DNA from: Trypanosoma brucei
Taxonomy: Eukaryota
NCBI GenBank assembly: GCA_000002445.1
Contig: CH464491.1
Location: 832,001-896,000 of the forward strand
Reading direction: 5' to 3'
Length of the DNA stretch: 64,000 nt
Positions 10,088 to 22,842 of the stretch are shown here, piece after piece. Numbering within the stretch: the first letter of the stretch is position 1; every line of letters starts with the position of its first letter. A program made the position numbers and the translations under genes. The notes beneath the pieces are model-generated. The model saw only the letters and a program-made list of their open reading frames with translations. It was not told the origin of the DNA and searched no databases.

Positions 10088-12064
10088 TCATAAAAGACCA
10101 CTGAGGTTAAGGAGTAGTTTCTCAACTACATCGGCTATTTGGTCCGTGTAGTTTGTGCCTTCTGGAGATTGACTGTTTGCAGAAGCTTGGAAATGCCTCA
10201 ACTCTCTCTCCTTCTCCAGGGCAATAGTTTCCGCGCGCGTGTACCTCGCGGTGTGCTGCAGCAGCATCTTTGTAAGTTCCGGATCTGCAGCAACCTGACA
10301 ACTGTCGGCTGCAGTAAGGTTCAGCAGCACACCAAAGCAATTGTACACAACGCGTGGGTCTTCATGACCAAGAAATACGACGCAAACCTCATCACATCGG
10401 TTCGATTCCATCCAATCACGCCCAGCATTAGTGAGACAAATGTTGCCCAGGACCCGGGTTGCCTCAACCGTTGCTTCGGTATCCCCATCAAAGAGGACGC
10501 CAGCAAGCATCGGTCCAAGAGTTTCGTACAACTGCTGGAGTTCCGCAGGGCCACCCTCGCTCTTTTCGAGGGAAGTAAAGAAAAATGAAAGATTGCTTAA
10601 GCACATCAGCGTATATATAAAGGTAAGGTGCCACTTCGCGACGTCAAAATCCTTGAGAAATCCCACCAAGAGCGGAGTTATCTTGCGAACGAACGCTGTC
10701 GAGCACCCAGGGCTCATTAATGCAACACCTACGAGCCATGTGACACTTTGCAGAAGATCTTCCTGCTCCGGATCCTCGAAATTCTGCGCGACCGGCTCGT
10801 CTTCCTTACCGTCCACTTTGAGCTGGGCAATGTGCGTCTGCACTAGCCGAAGCAATATTTGGTGATGGTTCTCCATGAACCAATCTCGCATTTCTTTACT
10901 GCATTCTACAAGACGTGCCAATACGCTGCACAACCGGGTGACTATTATGCCCCCCACCTCCATGCTTGACTCAAGCGCAGCAACCACCACGCGGCAAGTC
11001 CGAATGTTTTCCCGGTAGTGCTCCAAACAGGTATCGTTGAAGACTGTTTTGGACATTGTTCGTGCCGCGGCCTGTACGACGTCCATATCATCACGGAAGT
11101 GATCAAGCGTATCAATGACGCGGTCGAGGGAGCCAAGCTTTCGCAGGTGATGAGAGTACCCAGCACTGAAGTCCCGGAAGAGCAAACAGGTGGACGAAAG
11201 TAAAGAGCGGATCAGATTTTTATTTGCTGGAGAAACCTCGGGTTGAGGAGGAGACGATGAGTTTTGAAACAACTGTATAATGCGCTCCACCAGGGAATTT
11301 GTGCTGGGGATGGTTCCTAGGGTGACCATCTGAGATAGCATTGCCTCACTGCTACTGCACGAACGAAGCGCCTCAAGCGCATCCCACAACACGCAGGGCT
11401 GGCAAAGTAGAAGTTCATCATTTTTCAGCAGTTGTACAAGTGGTTGTAAGAGCGATTCCCGCACAACAACCTCCTCAAGTGATTGACCTTCAAGCCCAAC
11501 TTCACATAGCTCGTGCAAACGGCGTGTAACTACCGGAAGGGAGGGAAACCTATTAACATCGCAGTAGCGCAAAAGAATAGACGCTGCACACACCGACACT
11601 TGCGCGTCCGTCTTCGGGGACAACACAATATCCACCAAACGCCCAGTTAATGTGTCCCACAGAACGTGCTGGGGTTCACACAACCAGCGCTTTAACTGGT
11701 TAAGTTGCTCGAGTTGTTGTGGCGGTGCATCTTTCGCACTATCAAGAGAAGTAACAAACGCTATGGGATCCATCCGTTGCTGGTTAGTAGTTAACTTTGG
11801 CGGGTCGTTTCCACTAGTTGGGTTGAGTGCGGTGAGACGAGTTACGCGCTTGGGAGCGAACTTTGGTTGGGTCCTTGGTGGAGTGTTCGGTGGCCGCTGC
11901 TCGCGAATGACAGCACGCGCATCGCGCAAAAGACGCACAACACGCGACCCAACAACTGCTATCTCTGGATCTGATCCCTCTAAAGGTGGTGGCGCAGGGG
12001 GACGAGTTAGCGTACACACAGGTTTGCCCCCATCTGCCCTCCGCCCAACAGGGCGCGGTCTCAT
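10088..12064 (-). CDS. Hypothetical armadillo/HEAT-repeat protein
   Basis: 658-aa ORF, helical repeat-rich (LLQPLVQLLKNDELLLCQPCVLWDALEAL...). The N-terminal ~95 aa are Pro/Arg-rich. The start may instead be the internal Met of MDPIAFVTS. Confidence 0.4.
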   Translation of the reverse strand: MRPRPVGRRADGGKPVCTLTRPPAPPPLEGSDPEIAVVGSRVVRLLRDARAVIREQRPPNTPPRTQPKFAPKRVTRLTALNPTSGNDPPKLTTNQQRMDPIAFVTSLDSAKDAPPQQLEQLNQLKRWLCEPQHVLWDTLTGRLVDIVLSPKTDAQVSVCAASILLRYCDVNRFPSLPVVTRRLHELCEVGLEGQSLEEVVVRESLLQPLVQLLKNDELLLCQPCVLWDALEALRSCSSSEAMLSQMVTLGTIPSTNSLVERIIQLFQNSSSPPQPEVSPANKNLIRSLLSSTCLLFRDFSAGYSHHLRKLGSLDRVIDTLDHFRDDMDVVQAAARTMSKTVFNDTCLEHYRENIRTCRVVVAALESSMEVGGIIVTRLCSVLARLVECSKEMRDWFMENHHQILLRLVQTHIAQLKVDGKEDEPVAQNFEDPEQEDLLQSVTWLVGVALMSPGCSTAFVRKITPLLVGFLKDFDVAKWHLTFIYTLMCLSNLSFFFTSLEKSEGGPAELQQLYETLGPMLAGVLFDGDTEATVEATRVLGNICLTNAGRDWMESNRCDEVCVVFLGHEDPRVVYNCFGVLLNLTAADSCQVAADPELTKMLLQHTARYTRAETIALEKERELRHFQASANSQSPEGTNYTDQIADVVEKLLLNLSGLL

Positions 12065-12559
12065 TACAGGCGGTGCCTATTTTGTTTCCCTTAATCTCCT
12101 ACTCGTACTACGTCTCTGCTTCCCAACTTCCAGTTTTACTGGTGGTCGGTCAAGAACTAAAACCTGAGAGGGGCCCCTTTTGGTGGTCAGGTAGCGAAAA
12201 ACAGCAACGGTTGCTGCCTGACCCCCCCCCAAAAAAAAAAATCGCTTAAAGGATATCAAAAAGAGAACCCGAAGAGGAGGTGGAAGGTTGAGACCCTATC
12301 TTGCACAACAGCAACTAATATGCATACAGTTTACGGCATCACACAAGCAATTTAAGATGGGGCGAAACTATATTCACGGTCGGCGGGAGCAGAAAGATGA
12401 GCAAGCCCTCTCCAAGGAACCTCAGGCACCGTCCTTCTCCTATTTCCCACAAATCAACCTCGGTCAAGCCATTCACCAGGGCGCAATGTCGGAAGAAGGG
12501 CACGTGTAGAAACGCAAGGGTTGGAGCCACTACACTTCCCAAGGTAAACGGGTGGTCAA

Positions 12560-13204
12560 TTAATCCTCAATCTCAATGTATTTCCTCATTTGATTTAGAA
12601 TGCGCAAGCGCTCGGCATCCCTAAGAACCCTCTCACCCGCGCGGTTGCCATCATCCGCTTCCGGATCCGCACTAGCGACGCCACCACACCGGTCTCCACA
12701 AACCGAAAACCACGACAAGATGTCCGACTCCGTGGCAGACATTAGTCGACAACTAATGTACACGGCACATAACCTACTCAGCCGCCCGTGGCCGACAAAG
12801 TCTGCAGTAGCCATCAACTCCATGAGCTTCTCCTGTTGCTCGACCTCCCAAACGCCCCCTGTTCCACCAAAGCGATCAAGAAAAGCGATGTCATGATCGG
12901 GGAGTAGCGAATGCACGTCGTACCCGAGTCCCCCACTTCCACTACATGTAGTGCATGAAATAGGCAATGTCACAGTTTGCCCCCCCTTACACTCGCCCTC
13001 TGCAACCCCAGCCATACGCTTGGCCTGAAAGGCCATGTACTCAACAAGGTTGTGCAGTGTTTCGGTGCTGGCAATCGGTACGACACCCTCGCGCTCGCCG
13101 AGGCCCTCCGCCGCCTGCAGCCACAACGACTGAGATGTGAAGACCGGGTCGAGGGATATAAACACACGATCCCCGTTCATCGAGATGAGCGCGAAATCAC
13201 CCAT
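12560..13204 (-). CDS. SKP1/elongin-C-like (BTB/POZ fold) protein, hypothetical
   Basis: 214-aa ORF. Its N-terminal ISMNGDRVFISLDPVFTSQSLWLQAAEGLG...VPIASTETLHNLVEYMAF follows the SKP1/elongin C pattern (ISSDG..F.V.......S..I..M.......VP.P.V....L.KV..Y). The rest is divergent. Confidence 0.3.
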   Translation of the reverse strand: MGDFALISMNGDRVFISLDPVFTSQSLWLQAAEGLGEREGVVPIASTETLHNLVEYMAFQAKRMAGVAEGECKGGQTVTLPISCTTCSGSGGLGYDVHSLLPDHDIAFLDRFGGTGGVWEVEQQEKLMELMATADFVGHGRLSRLCAVYISCRLMSATESDILSWFSVCGDRCGGVASADPEADDGNRAGERVLRDAERLRILNQMRKYIEIED

Positions 13205-13501
13205 GTGATGAGGCTGGGTGTGCTGCGACGACGGAACGGAAGAAGAACCACCAGCGATGTACGAGCTGTGGGTCTAAACGACCGTTAAGGAAAGAAAAAA
13301 AAAACGAAGCACAAAACAGAGTGACAGTTGAAAGGAGTACAGCACATTCGGTAAACAGCGAAAGCCAATACTTTTGTTGAGCACGGACACACGTGCCACA
13401 ACAGCTGCCAAGAAGACTCCAGCGCATTTATAAACCAAATGAATGGCATAGTGGTGGAGAGAAGTCAGGCCACCACATGCCACACACACGCGCACAGGCG
13501 C

Positions 13502-14803
<1,302 letters not shown>

Positions 14804-15306
14804 TTAAAACGGGCAATACAGACACAGTACGCGGTCGCAAATAGAGTCTGAAGCGGTGCTACCAAAAGGACAAAACGTTTCCTCCCCTGAGTTCTTCGTC
14901 TAAATTACCACTCGTAACGAGTATACACTGCGCCGTCGTGTGTACATCCGCAACGTTGTGTACAACAGAGTGAACCAAATTATAGCCGGGATAGAAAGAA
15001 AAACAATTTCCCCAAAGTTTAATATAAGATGGAGACGCGAGAAACACCACTCAGAGCAAATGCAAAGCAGCGGAGAGAAACACAGATATTAAGGCTTAGG
15101 GGGACAAATCAGAAAGGAAAAAGAAAAACTGCAGCCATGTTGAGGCTAACAAAGAACTCACTGACTACGAAAACTGTCAGCATACAGCTAGCCATCGACA
15201 AGTGAGAACAGCGTTGAGGTCTCAAGGTAACACTTTTCATTGGTGTGTGCTTTTTCCATCCCACCCACCCAGCATCATATCCAGACACTGCACCACCTTG
15301 GGCTGC

Positions 15307-15561
15307 TTAGGCCTTGATGTCGGTCTTGAAGTGGTTCCTGATCCTGCGGTGGACGACCTTCAGGTAGCGGCAGCGGCCAGTACCGGTGCGACGGCGTTTG
15401 ATGGCCTTGACAGACCAGTTGTAACGTCGGCGCTGGGCGCGAGGGTAAGCGCAGGCAGCGCATCGCTCCCACTGCACATGGTAGGCGTTGCGCCCACAAC
15501 GGCGGCACAAAATGTGCGTACGCCCGTGGCGCTGCCCCATCGACGTGGTGCCCTTTGTCAT
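15307..15561 (-). CDS. RPL37: 60S ribosomal protein L37e
   Basis: MTKGTTSMGQRHGRTHILCRRCGRNAYHVQWERCAACAYPRAQRRRYNW...TGTGRCRYLK matches L37e, including the C4 zinc ribbon. The start is set at the internal ATG at 15561..15559, because the track ORF carries a 15-codon upstream extension. Confidence 0.9.
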   Translation of the reverse strand: MTKGTTSMGQRHGRTHILCRRCGRNAYHVQWERCAACAYPRAQRRRYNWSVKAIKRRRTGTGRCRYLKVVHRRIRNHFKTDIKA

Positions 15562-15808
15562 TTCGTTTCTCTTCTCACAGCTACTTGAATTACGAGAGAA
15601 ACACAAGATTCAAGGGAGCCAAGTAGAATAAAATAAAACGGTACAGTGAGGAGAGGAAACTTTGAGAATGGAATACGTGTAAGCAATTATGGCATCTAGT
15701 CCTAACGCGTATATCACCGTAATTCAACATAGCAACCTAGAAACCGGAAAAAAAAAACAGTCGAGAACAGCGTAACGTGGGCCAACCAAATCGCCCTCAC
15801 ATCCCACC

Positions 15809-17599
15809 CTAGCGTACACATAACCAAGGCTGTGTAACTTGAAGGGGTGAGGGTTGAGTTGGATGGATAGGTCCACTTTCAGCACGTTCAGCGTGTCGGT
15901 CAGACTCAAATTGGTAACTGGTACTATCTGTGAAGGAATCTACAGCACTATGATGTTCCGTCTCATCGTCCTCCCCTCCACACTGGTTTGTCGAAATGGG
16001 AATATGCCAAGTGAGGGGGCTCAGCTCCTGTATGCACTGCGCGTAGGGTGCTGGCATTTCCCAATGAAGCAGCGTGCGATCGTCTACGCGCGAGCATTTG
16101 AACGCGATACGGTGGCGATCGCGCCAGCGGGAGAAATGACGGGGACTGAGAAGTCTGAAGTGATGATCACGCATCAAGTCGTTCGTCAAAACCAACACCG
16201 TCTTCCCCTTCTCCTCACGAGGAACGGCATCAGTCGGTGTGGTGAGCTCCAATGCGGCGTACAGCCAACAAAGGTCATCGTTGAGACCACTTGGAGTGCA
16301 ATACAGCACACCTTCGCGACGCCACCTCGACACTAATGCTTTCCCAACATCTGTGACGTTGTTTGGTTCGCAGTGTCGTTCGTGTAACAGAACCAGCGGT
16401 TGCATGCCGCGGCGATAAGCCTCCTGCACAGCGAGTTCAATAAGTTCAAAATTAACGGACACATCAACAAAGCGGCGCTTCGACCAAGCAACATCCTGTG
16501 GTGCAATGTCGCTTTCTTTTCTTCCACGCCTTAAAAGCAGCTCTCGCTTGGCCAAGGCATACCAACTACTGAGGCCATAGTAGCCAAGGTTAGCGCCGTC
16601 CACTAGAACATCGATAGAGTGTCCGTGTGAAGAAATAAATCGTCGCCAGGTCTCAAACGCCATCCGCGCACGTGGTGAATTTTTCCGCCCGCCATCCATG
16701 GCAATCTGCACCACGTCACTCAAAAGCTTACTCTTTTGCAACGCTGTGAAACGGTGCCCGCTCAACACGCTGGAGCAAGAACAGCACGTTCCAGCAGGAA
16801 GCATTGCGTCGCTGTGTGGAAAAGTAACGTCTGTTACCTCCATCCCACCCCTCAAAGCCCAAGGCCGAATCACCTCTTCCGCTACCGCTGCAGACACGCC
16901 ATCCGCGTGCCCCTGCATCTCCCGCAACAAGCAGTGGAGCGTGGCTAAAGGCTCACCTATATTTACACAGAGGCGACCGATTGCAAGGTAGTCTTCCATA
17001 CTCAGATCCATCCTCTGCCGTAGCGCCTCTTCGTACACAGCGAAAGCCATGCGGCGGTCCCGACGTTTGCACCAGAAAGAAAGAAAGACAGAAACACTCC
17101 GCAAACGAAGCAGCTGATGGGAAACCATATAGGAAAACATCTTCGTAGCTCCAGCAGCATCACCGGCGGCACACTGTAGTCGTAAGATAACAGCCAACAC
17201 ACTTTCGTCGTCCCATAACCCCACCAAACCTGACTCCTGTACCTGCTTGACAAGGTCCATGGCAGTGTCCTCGTTTTTGGTGCGCTCAAGAAGAAATAAC
17301 GCATTTGCAAACGCCTTCATCGAGAAGACAGACTGAGATAACCCCATGCGGATTTCATCAACCACCCCTCGCACGTCACCCGCCCCAACGAGTTGTCCGA
17401 CACGACGCTGCAACTCCTCCACAGGTCGAATACTCTTCCAACGGCATTGAATGCTAGCACGTGCCAGCGTCGGAACAGGAACAAAGCGTGAAAATGCGGC
17501 AAAACCGTTCAACACGGAGCGCATCAGCACATAAGCGATAAACTCAGCTGTCCCTTCCCCACCCCTTCTCTCTGCATGTAATCCTCGGTCCCCAACCAC
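15809..17599 (-). CDS. Protein-only RNase P (PRORP): PPR repeats plus NYN metallonuclease domain
   Basis: 596-aa ORF with an N-terminal helical PPR-like region, a CxxC zinc site, and the NYN catalytic signatures IDVLVDGANLGYYG and LTNDLMRDHHF. The presequence-like MRSVLNGFAAFSRFVPVPTLARAS is an alternative start at 17524. Confidence 0.8.
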   Translation of the reverse strand: MVGDRGLHAERRGGEGTAEFIAYVLMRSVLNGFAAFSRFVPVPTLARASIQCRWKSIRPVEELQRRVGQLVGAGDVRGVVDEIRMGLSQSVFSMKAFANALFLLERTKNEDTAMDLVKQVQESGLVGLWDDESVLAVILRLQCAAGDAAGATKMFSYMVSHQLLRLRSVSVFLSFWCKRRDRRMAFAVYEEALRQRMDLSMEDYLAIGRLCVNIGEPLATLHCLLREMQGHADGVSAAVAEEVIRPWALRGGMEVTDVTFPHSDAMLPAGTCCSCSSVLSGHRFTALQKSKLLSDVVQIAMDGGRKNSPRARMAFETWRRFISSHGHSIDVLVDGANLGYYGLSSWYALAKRELLLRRGRKESDIAPQDVAWSKRRFVDVSVNFELIELAVQEAYRRGMQPLVLLHERHCEPNNVTDVGKALVSRWRREGVLYCTPSGLNDDLCWLYAALELTTPTDAVPREEKGKTVLVLTNDLMRDHHFRLLSPRHFSRWRDRHRIAFKCSRVDDRTLLHWEMPAPYAQCIQELSPLTWHIPISTNQCGGEDDETEHHSAVDSFTDSTSYQFESDRHAERAESGPIHPTQPSPLQVTQPWLCVR

Positions 17600-18040
17600 G
17601 GTACCGTATAGAAAGAGAAATGGATACTAAAGGGGAAGGAGGTAGAAGAAATGAAAGGAGGAAACACCTGGCAAGATTTTACATAAAATTTAAGTGGAGA
17701 GAGGAAGCAGTAGCGGACAGTCACTGTATCCTTCACGAAGTTTGATGGGGAAGGAAATACAAGTAGACGTCACGTAGTATAATACAAAAAACCAGTAAAA
17801 AGGTAAAAAAAAAACTCCCTGAAGCGCTACTTTTTCCCGCAGTTGCCCTCACCCACCGGGCGGCCAACCCGCACCCGTGAGGAAGGGCAAAGCAAAGGCG
17901 ATGATAAAGATGGGAATTTAAAAAAAAACACCAACTCGGCCGCTTCCAACAAGGCACCTCTCAGCGAGCAGATGGGGTTCGTCAACGCATGCGAACCAAC
18001 TTATAAAGTTCGCGGGGGAAAGTACATTTCCCCATATCAC

Positions 18041-20041
18041 CTAGAAGAGGGAACATATTCGCTTTTTCACGACGAACACGTAACAGAGTTGTAAAAGCCA
18101 TAACACCAAGAATAGCAGCGGTACAAAACAGACGAGTATTTGAAAATGGCGACCGTACTCGGGTGTTTCCCGGTTTTTCGGGCACTCGGGTGGATAGTCC
18201 TTCCCCTTGTGCACAACCAAAGCAATTTGAAGGCTCGTAAGGGGGATTAGTGCCCATGCGATACGAAACACGGTGTGACCGCGAAGCACCAGAAACACAA
18301 AAATCGCCACAAAAGACACTATGGACATTGCAGAAAGCACCATTTTTTCATAGTTGTGACATTGCTTTGCGCTGGTGACCGTCACAACGAATATGAAGAC
18401 GTTCAACTCGAGAAGAAAGAGCAATGCGGCGTAAACCATCCGCAAGAGGGCAGAGTACCGCTGTATGATTCGTTTGCTGTGGAAACTATAGCAAGCGAAC
18501 CCAAAATTGTTAATTGAGGTCTGCGTCGTAAAGATCCAGCACAAGCGCAGTAACGCTAACAAGTATGTGGTGCAAACGGCAGTGCTTAGCATACGAAAGG
18601 GGTAGCGTTTGTTAAACGCCAACTCGCCGTCCACGGTGGAAACCAAATACATCTGACACATAAACTGCGGCACCGCCAAACAAAGGCAAAAGCATACGGT
18701 AGACAAAACCTGGGCAGCTGTGATGTCATGTATAATGTCCACAAATAATCCACCTCTGTTTACAAAACAGTAGCGCACGTAAGTGACGATGCTCACAATG
18801 TTGTACAATGGCACCACTGGCAGGACATGAAGATGGGGTGACGGAAATGGAAATATCACGTTACCAAATACACGGTTACGCTCTCTCGCCCGCATCAAAA
18901 GTATCATAGCGATAAGATGTGAAGCATAGCCAGCACCGTATACAATGGCCGTGTATAACGCATAATAGCTCTCTGGATCCGAGGTTAGCCAATGCACCGA
19001 CACCAGAGCGATCCCCACGTTACAGAGAACCTCTGCGAGGGCGCTAATCACCATTACAAAAACAGCAAGATGCCACCCACAACATGCGTTGTTCATCCGA
19101 ATAAAGTGTTTGCTCCCAGTGAACAAGTGTGGGTATTCGTACAGGAGTTGAACAAACTCAAAGCCACTGTTCTCTACCACACTGTACTGTTCGGCATCGA
19201 GACGCACGAAACGGGGCTTAAATAGTGGGAGCAGGTACTCAAACACAGCCTGAGGAACCCGATCAACCTCCGTGGAGATGAGGGCATCGATGCAGCGCTG
19301 CAGCTCCTGTTGGACGTTGTAATCGTCCAAGTTGAGCTTATTTGACTCCAACAACATGCGCACAAGGTAGGGGTTGAGCCGTGCCTCTTTCAGCTCCTCA
19401 GCTGTGACAGGGTTCTCGACAGAGCGCCCAGCCAGAGCTGCTGCAACGAGGTGACCGAAACACTCGTTGGGACTCTTACGGTAGGCCCGCAAAGCAGATG
19501 ACAAGTCAACCCGTACATCAAGATCCTCCATATCCAACTCATCCTCTTCTTCTTCTTCATGGTATAAATAACTATTGTCATCATAAACTAAGCCTCGAGA
19601 CGCAACCGCACTGCCTGCACCCTGGGGAAAAGGTTCACTCAGACGGACAACCTCCAAAATGGGCTCGCTCCCGCTTGCATTAGTAGGCGGCCTGCTTGAT
19701 CTGTTAGGTTCCAGCATATTTTCCATTACACGATCCATGCCCCCCTTGATGTAACGCCATAATCTTGTAGCTACACCCTCTGCCGCGTCATCCTTCGCTG
19801 GTGGAGAGGACAACATCTCCGCCGGCGGAGCTATGGGAACCCAACGGCCGGGTGGTGGTGCGGCAACATTATTCACCGGAGAATCTGGGAGGGGTGAAAG
19901 CCCTCTGCTCGAAACCCTGGAGCCGAATCCAGTTTCTACGCCGGATGAGCAATAACGGTCTAAGTATTCAAATGCACCTGACACGTCGGTGGAAACGTTA
20001 GATGGTGACACGCCGGAACCCGCATTATTCCTCCCATGCAT
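18041..20041 (-). CDS. Hypothetical multipass membrane protein (large soluble N-terminal domain, >=8 predicted TM helices)
   Basis: 666-aa ORF. The N-terminal ~330 aa are hydrophilic and acidic; the C-terminal half has many 20-25-aa hydrophobic segments. No family recognised. Confidence 0.4.
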   Translation of the reverse strand: MHGRNNAGSGVSPSNVSTDVSGAFEYLDRYCSSGVETGFGSRVSSRGLSPLPDSPVNNVAAPPPGRWVPIAPPAEMLSSPPAKDDAAEGVATRLWRYIKGGMDRVMENMLEPNRSSRPPTNASGSEPILEVVRLSEPFPQGAGSAVASRGLVYDDNSYLYHEEEEEDELDMEDLDVRVDLSSALRAYRKSPNECFGHLVAAALAGRSVENPVTAEELKEARLNPYLVRMLLESNKLNLDDYNVQQELQRCIDALISTEVDRVPQAVFEYLLPLFKPRFVRLDAEQYSVVENSGFEFVQLLYEYPHLFTGSKHFIRMNNACCGWHLAVFVMVISALAEVLCNVGIALVSVHWLTSDPESYYALYTAIVYGAGYASHLIAMILLMRARERNRVFGNVIFPFPSPHLHVLPVVPLYNIVSIVTYVRYCFVNRGGLFVDIIHDITAAQVLSTVCFCLCLAVPQFMCQMYLVSTVDGELAFNKRYPFRMLSTAVCTTYLLALLRLCWIFTTQTSINNFGFACYSFHSKRIIQRYSALLRMVYAALLFLLELNVFIFVVTVTSAKQCHNYEKMVLSAMSIVSFVAIFVFLVLRGHTVFRIAWALIPLTSLQIALVVHKGKDYPPECPKNRETPEYGRHFQILVCFVPLLFLVLWLLQLCYVFVVKKRICSLF

Positions 20042-21771
20042 TTCTTATACTAGCACCTCTTTCTGTTCGCACCAGCTTATATAGGGGGGATAATGTGATG
20101 ATAGGATTCCTTTCCTCCGTATAACCCCGACTTGTTCCGTCCAGTGTATTCCTTCCTTTTATTCGCAAGAAGGCAACACCCACAATAAAACAAGCCACCA
20201 GTGCTCACTTTGGCTTCTGCTTGATGTATTTCATGAACAAAAGAGGGTAACCCCTCCAGTTCGTAACAGAAAGAGTTGCCACGAACTATCAGAAAGTAAA
20301 GCGTTTAGAAGAACCTGCAAAAAACAAAAATATAAAAGAGACGCAATTGGAAACAGAGACAGTGCCTACAGTTTTTTAAGAAGCATCTGAGGAACAGCAA
20401 CGTTATTGTTGAAGGGGGGGAAGAAACAGAGGTTTAAAAAAGATGGCAAAGTTAGATATTGTGTTTGTAGTGACAGCAGCACCTTTGCGTGGTCAGGAGG
20501 AGGGGAAACGGCAATACGAACACGCAGAGCTTCACTGTGCGCACACACACACACAACGTTTATATTTCTCCTTCATATGATATTAGGCTCACACTTTTAA
20601 GACAGTCTACCTTTAAACACATTTAATATTACCTTCCTTGCGCCGGTGCGACATCTGTGTCAACACTCATTCTGCTTTCACTTCCTTTTCTTAGCATGTG
20701 TTGGCATTTAGTGACTGGTCAAACAGCTTCTCATTGGAAGGAAGAAAATGAAAAGCTGTCGCTTACACGGTGGAGAAAATCGTAAATAACAACCGTTTCG
20801 TTTCCTATGTGTTTAGTCTTCACTCACTTTCATGTTCTTGTTGCTCTTCAATTGCCTTTTCTTCGCTTTCTAGCCTCCGGTATCTTGACTGAGCTATTCA
20901 ATATGTTATTCGCGATTAGTAGTAACAACGATACCTGAAACAGTGACAATTAAAAAAAAAATTGTGTCTCAAGAAACCCACCCTTTCAATCGCTTCTCAG
21001 TCCCTGATTTTCCTCACACCACACCCCCCCCCTCCCAAAAAAAAAATAATACCTTCTCCTTATTTCGTTTCTCCTTTCCCTCTTTATCCTATATAATCCC
21101 TCTCCTTATATTATATTGACATGGGTGCATCATCTATCGTTCCCAAGAAAATAAAAGAGGAGCAGCTTCGTTAGAACCCGCCAGACTTCATTCAGGGGGG
21201 GGGGGTCGAAGGAATGCACCCGCTTGTTTTTTTTTCTTTTCTTCGAGTGTTATTCTTTCATGATTCATATGCGTGTGCAAAAAGGGGGTTGATGTAGTGA
21301 TATTCTCGTCCTTTTTTTTTTTTACTTTACTTTTCTTTCCCTGTCCCCTCTCCCCGGTGCATGGCGTCGCCGGGTTCAAAGTACACGAAGAGAGAATTCG
21401 AATATCCATCCACCCACTCCCGTTACACGGGAGAAGCGCAAAGAACACACTAACAGTAACAACAACATTAGGATTAATCGTCGTCCTATGGTTTTTAAAC
21501 AACAAAAACAAAAAAATCCCCTCCCTCTCCCTCATCCGCACGTACGTATAAAATAGACGTAGATGTGGGGAGAAAAGATACATAAAAAGGGGCGGGAAAG
21601 GGACCACATAACAGCACCAAGTAAAATGAAAAAAAGAAAGGAAGGAAGGAAGGAACTGTGAGAACGAAAGATAAACTGAGGAAAAAACGAAAACAACGTA
21701 GGAATACTACGGAGAGGTACGTAATAAAATGGGGAAGGAGGCGGAGGGATCACCGTGAATTCTCCCACACA

Positions 21772-22842
21772 CTATGTGCGGAACAGAGAGGATAACGAGC
21801 ACTCGAAATGAAGATTGTAAATTGCTTGCACGAGGAGTGGCGCTATCGTCAGAACGGTGAGTTTGTTGCACTTTTGCGAGTTGATATTCTGAGCGATAGA
21901 GTCTGACACAACGAGTTCAGTGAGCGCATCGCACTGTGAAATGCGCTCACACGCCGGATCGGTGAGGATGCCGTGAGTTGCGCACGCCACCAACCGCAGT
22001 GCACCCATGTCTCTCAAAAGTTCGCACGCCTTACAAAGTGTTCCAGCGGTGTCTACTATGTCATCCACGATAACGCACGTGTAGCCCTCAACATTCCCCA
22101 CAGTCTGCATAGAGTCCACCTTACCGGGGCCGGAGCGGCGTTTGAGGATTGTCACGATGTGACTTGCACCGATACGATCTGCGAGCACATTCGCACGCTC
22201 CACACCACCTGCATCCGGTGACACAACCACAGTTCTCTCCCGGTCAAACCACGGTTGTCGCATGACATACGTGGCGAATTCTGGAAACATGAGGAGGTTG
22301 TCTACCGGCATGTTGCGGAAGAATCCCTGAATCTGGCCGCAATGCAGGTCGACCGTAACGACACGGTCCACACCCATGCACTGCAAAAGTTGTGCGACAG
22401 CTGAGGCAGAAATGGGGACGCGTGGCTCCGTTTTGCGGTCTTGCCGACTGTAAGCGAAGTAGGGCACAATAGCCGTGATGCGCTTGGCGGAAGAAAGCTT
22501 CAAGGTGTGCACGAGTAATAGAAGCTCCATCATGGCGGTATTGATATCGGTGTGCTCATTTGCTGCAATGGGTTGGAGAATGAAACAGTCATCGCCACGG
22601 ACATCATCTACCACCTTGATGTTCAGCTCACCATTTGCGAAGCGCTTGATCTCTGTCCGGCAGAGGTCAACCTTGAGATATTTCGCCACACTCTCCGATA
22701 GGGCATAGTTTGCCGTGCCGGATATGACGCGAATACGGTAGGATGTCTCCACCTGCGGCTTGCGGTGTTCACGGTAAAAATATGTCTCACCAGCAGCGAC
22801 ACGCTGGGCCTTTGGCGTAAGGGCGTCGGCTTGCCCCTGCAT
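21772..22842 (-). CDS. PRS: Ribose-phosphate pyrophosphokinase (PRPP synthetase)
   Basis: Matches Prs along its length (IRVISGTANYALSESVAKYL, RFANGELNIKV, DINTAMMELLLLVHTL, ITAIVPYFAYSRQDRK, CVIVDDIVDTAGTL). The start is set at the internal ATG at 22842; the 98-codon upstream extension is Cys/Phe-rich nonsense and contains a polypyrimidine tract. Confidence 0.85.
   Translation of the reverse strand: MQGQADALTPKAQRVAAGETYFYREHRKPQVETSYRIRVISGTANYALSESVAKYLKVDLCRTEIKRFANGELNIKVVDDVRGDDCFILQPIAANEHTDINTAMMELLLLVHTLKLSSAKRITAIVPYFAYSRQDRKTEPRVPISASAVAQLLQCMGVDRVVTVDLHCGQIQGFFRNMPVDNLLMFPEFATYVMRQPWFDRERTVVVSPDAGGVERANVLADRIGASHIVTILKRRSGPGKVDSMQTVGNVEGYTCVIVDDIVDTAGTLCKACELLRDMGALRLVACATHGILTDPACERISQCDALTELVVSDSIAQNINSQKCNKLTVLTIAPLLVQAIYNLHFECSLSSLFRT

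Noticed and set aside
15202-15588. 128-aa plus-strand ORF overlapping RPL37
   Set aside because: It is antisense to a highly conserved ribosomal protein gene. Its composition is Ala/Pro/Arg-rich, as expected from the reverse complement of GC-rich coding sequence, and there is no recognisable product.
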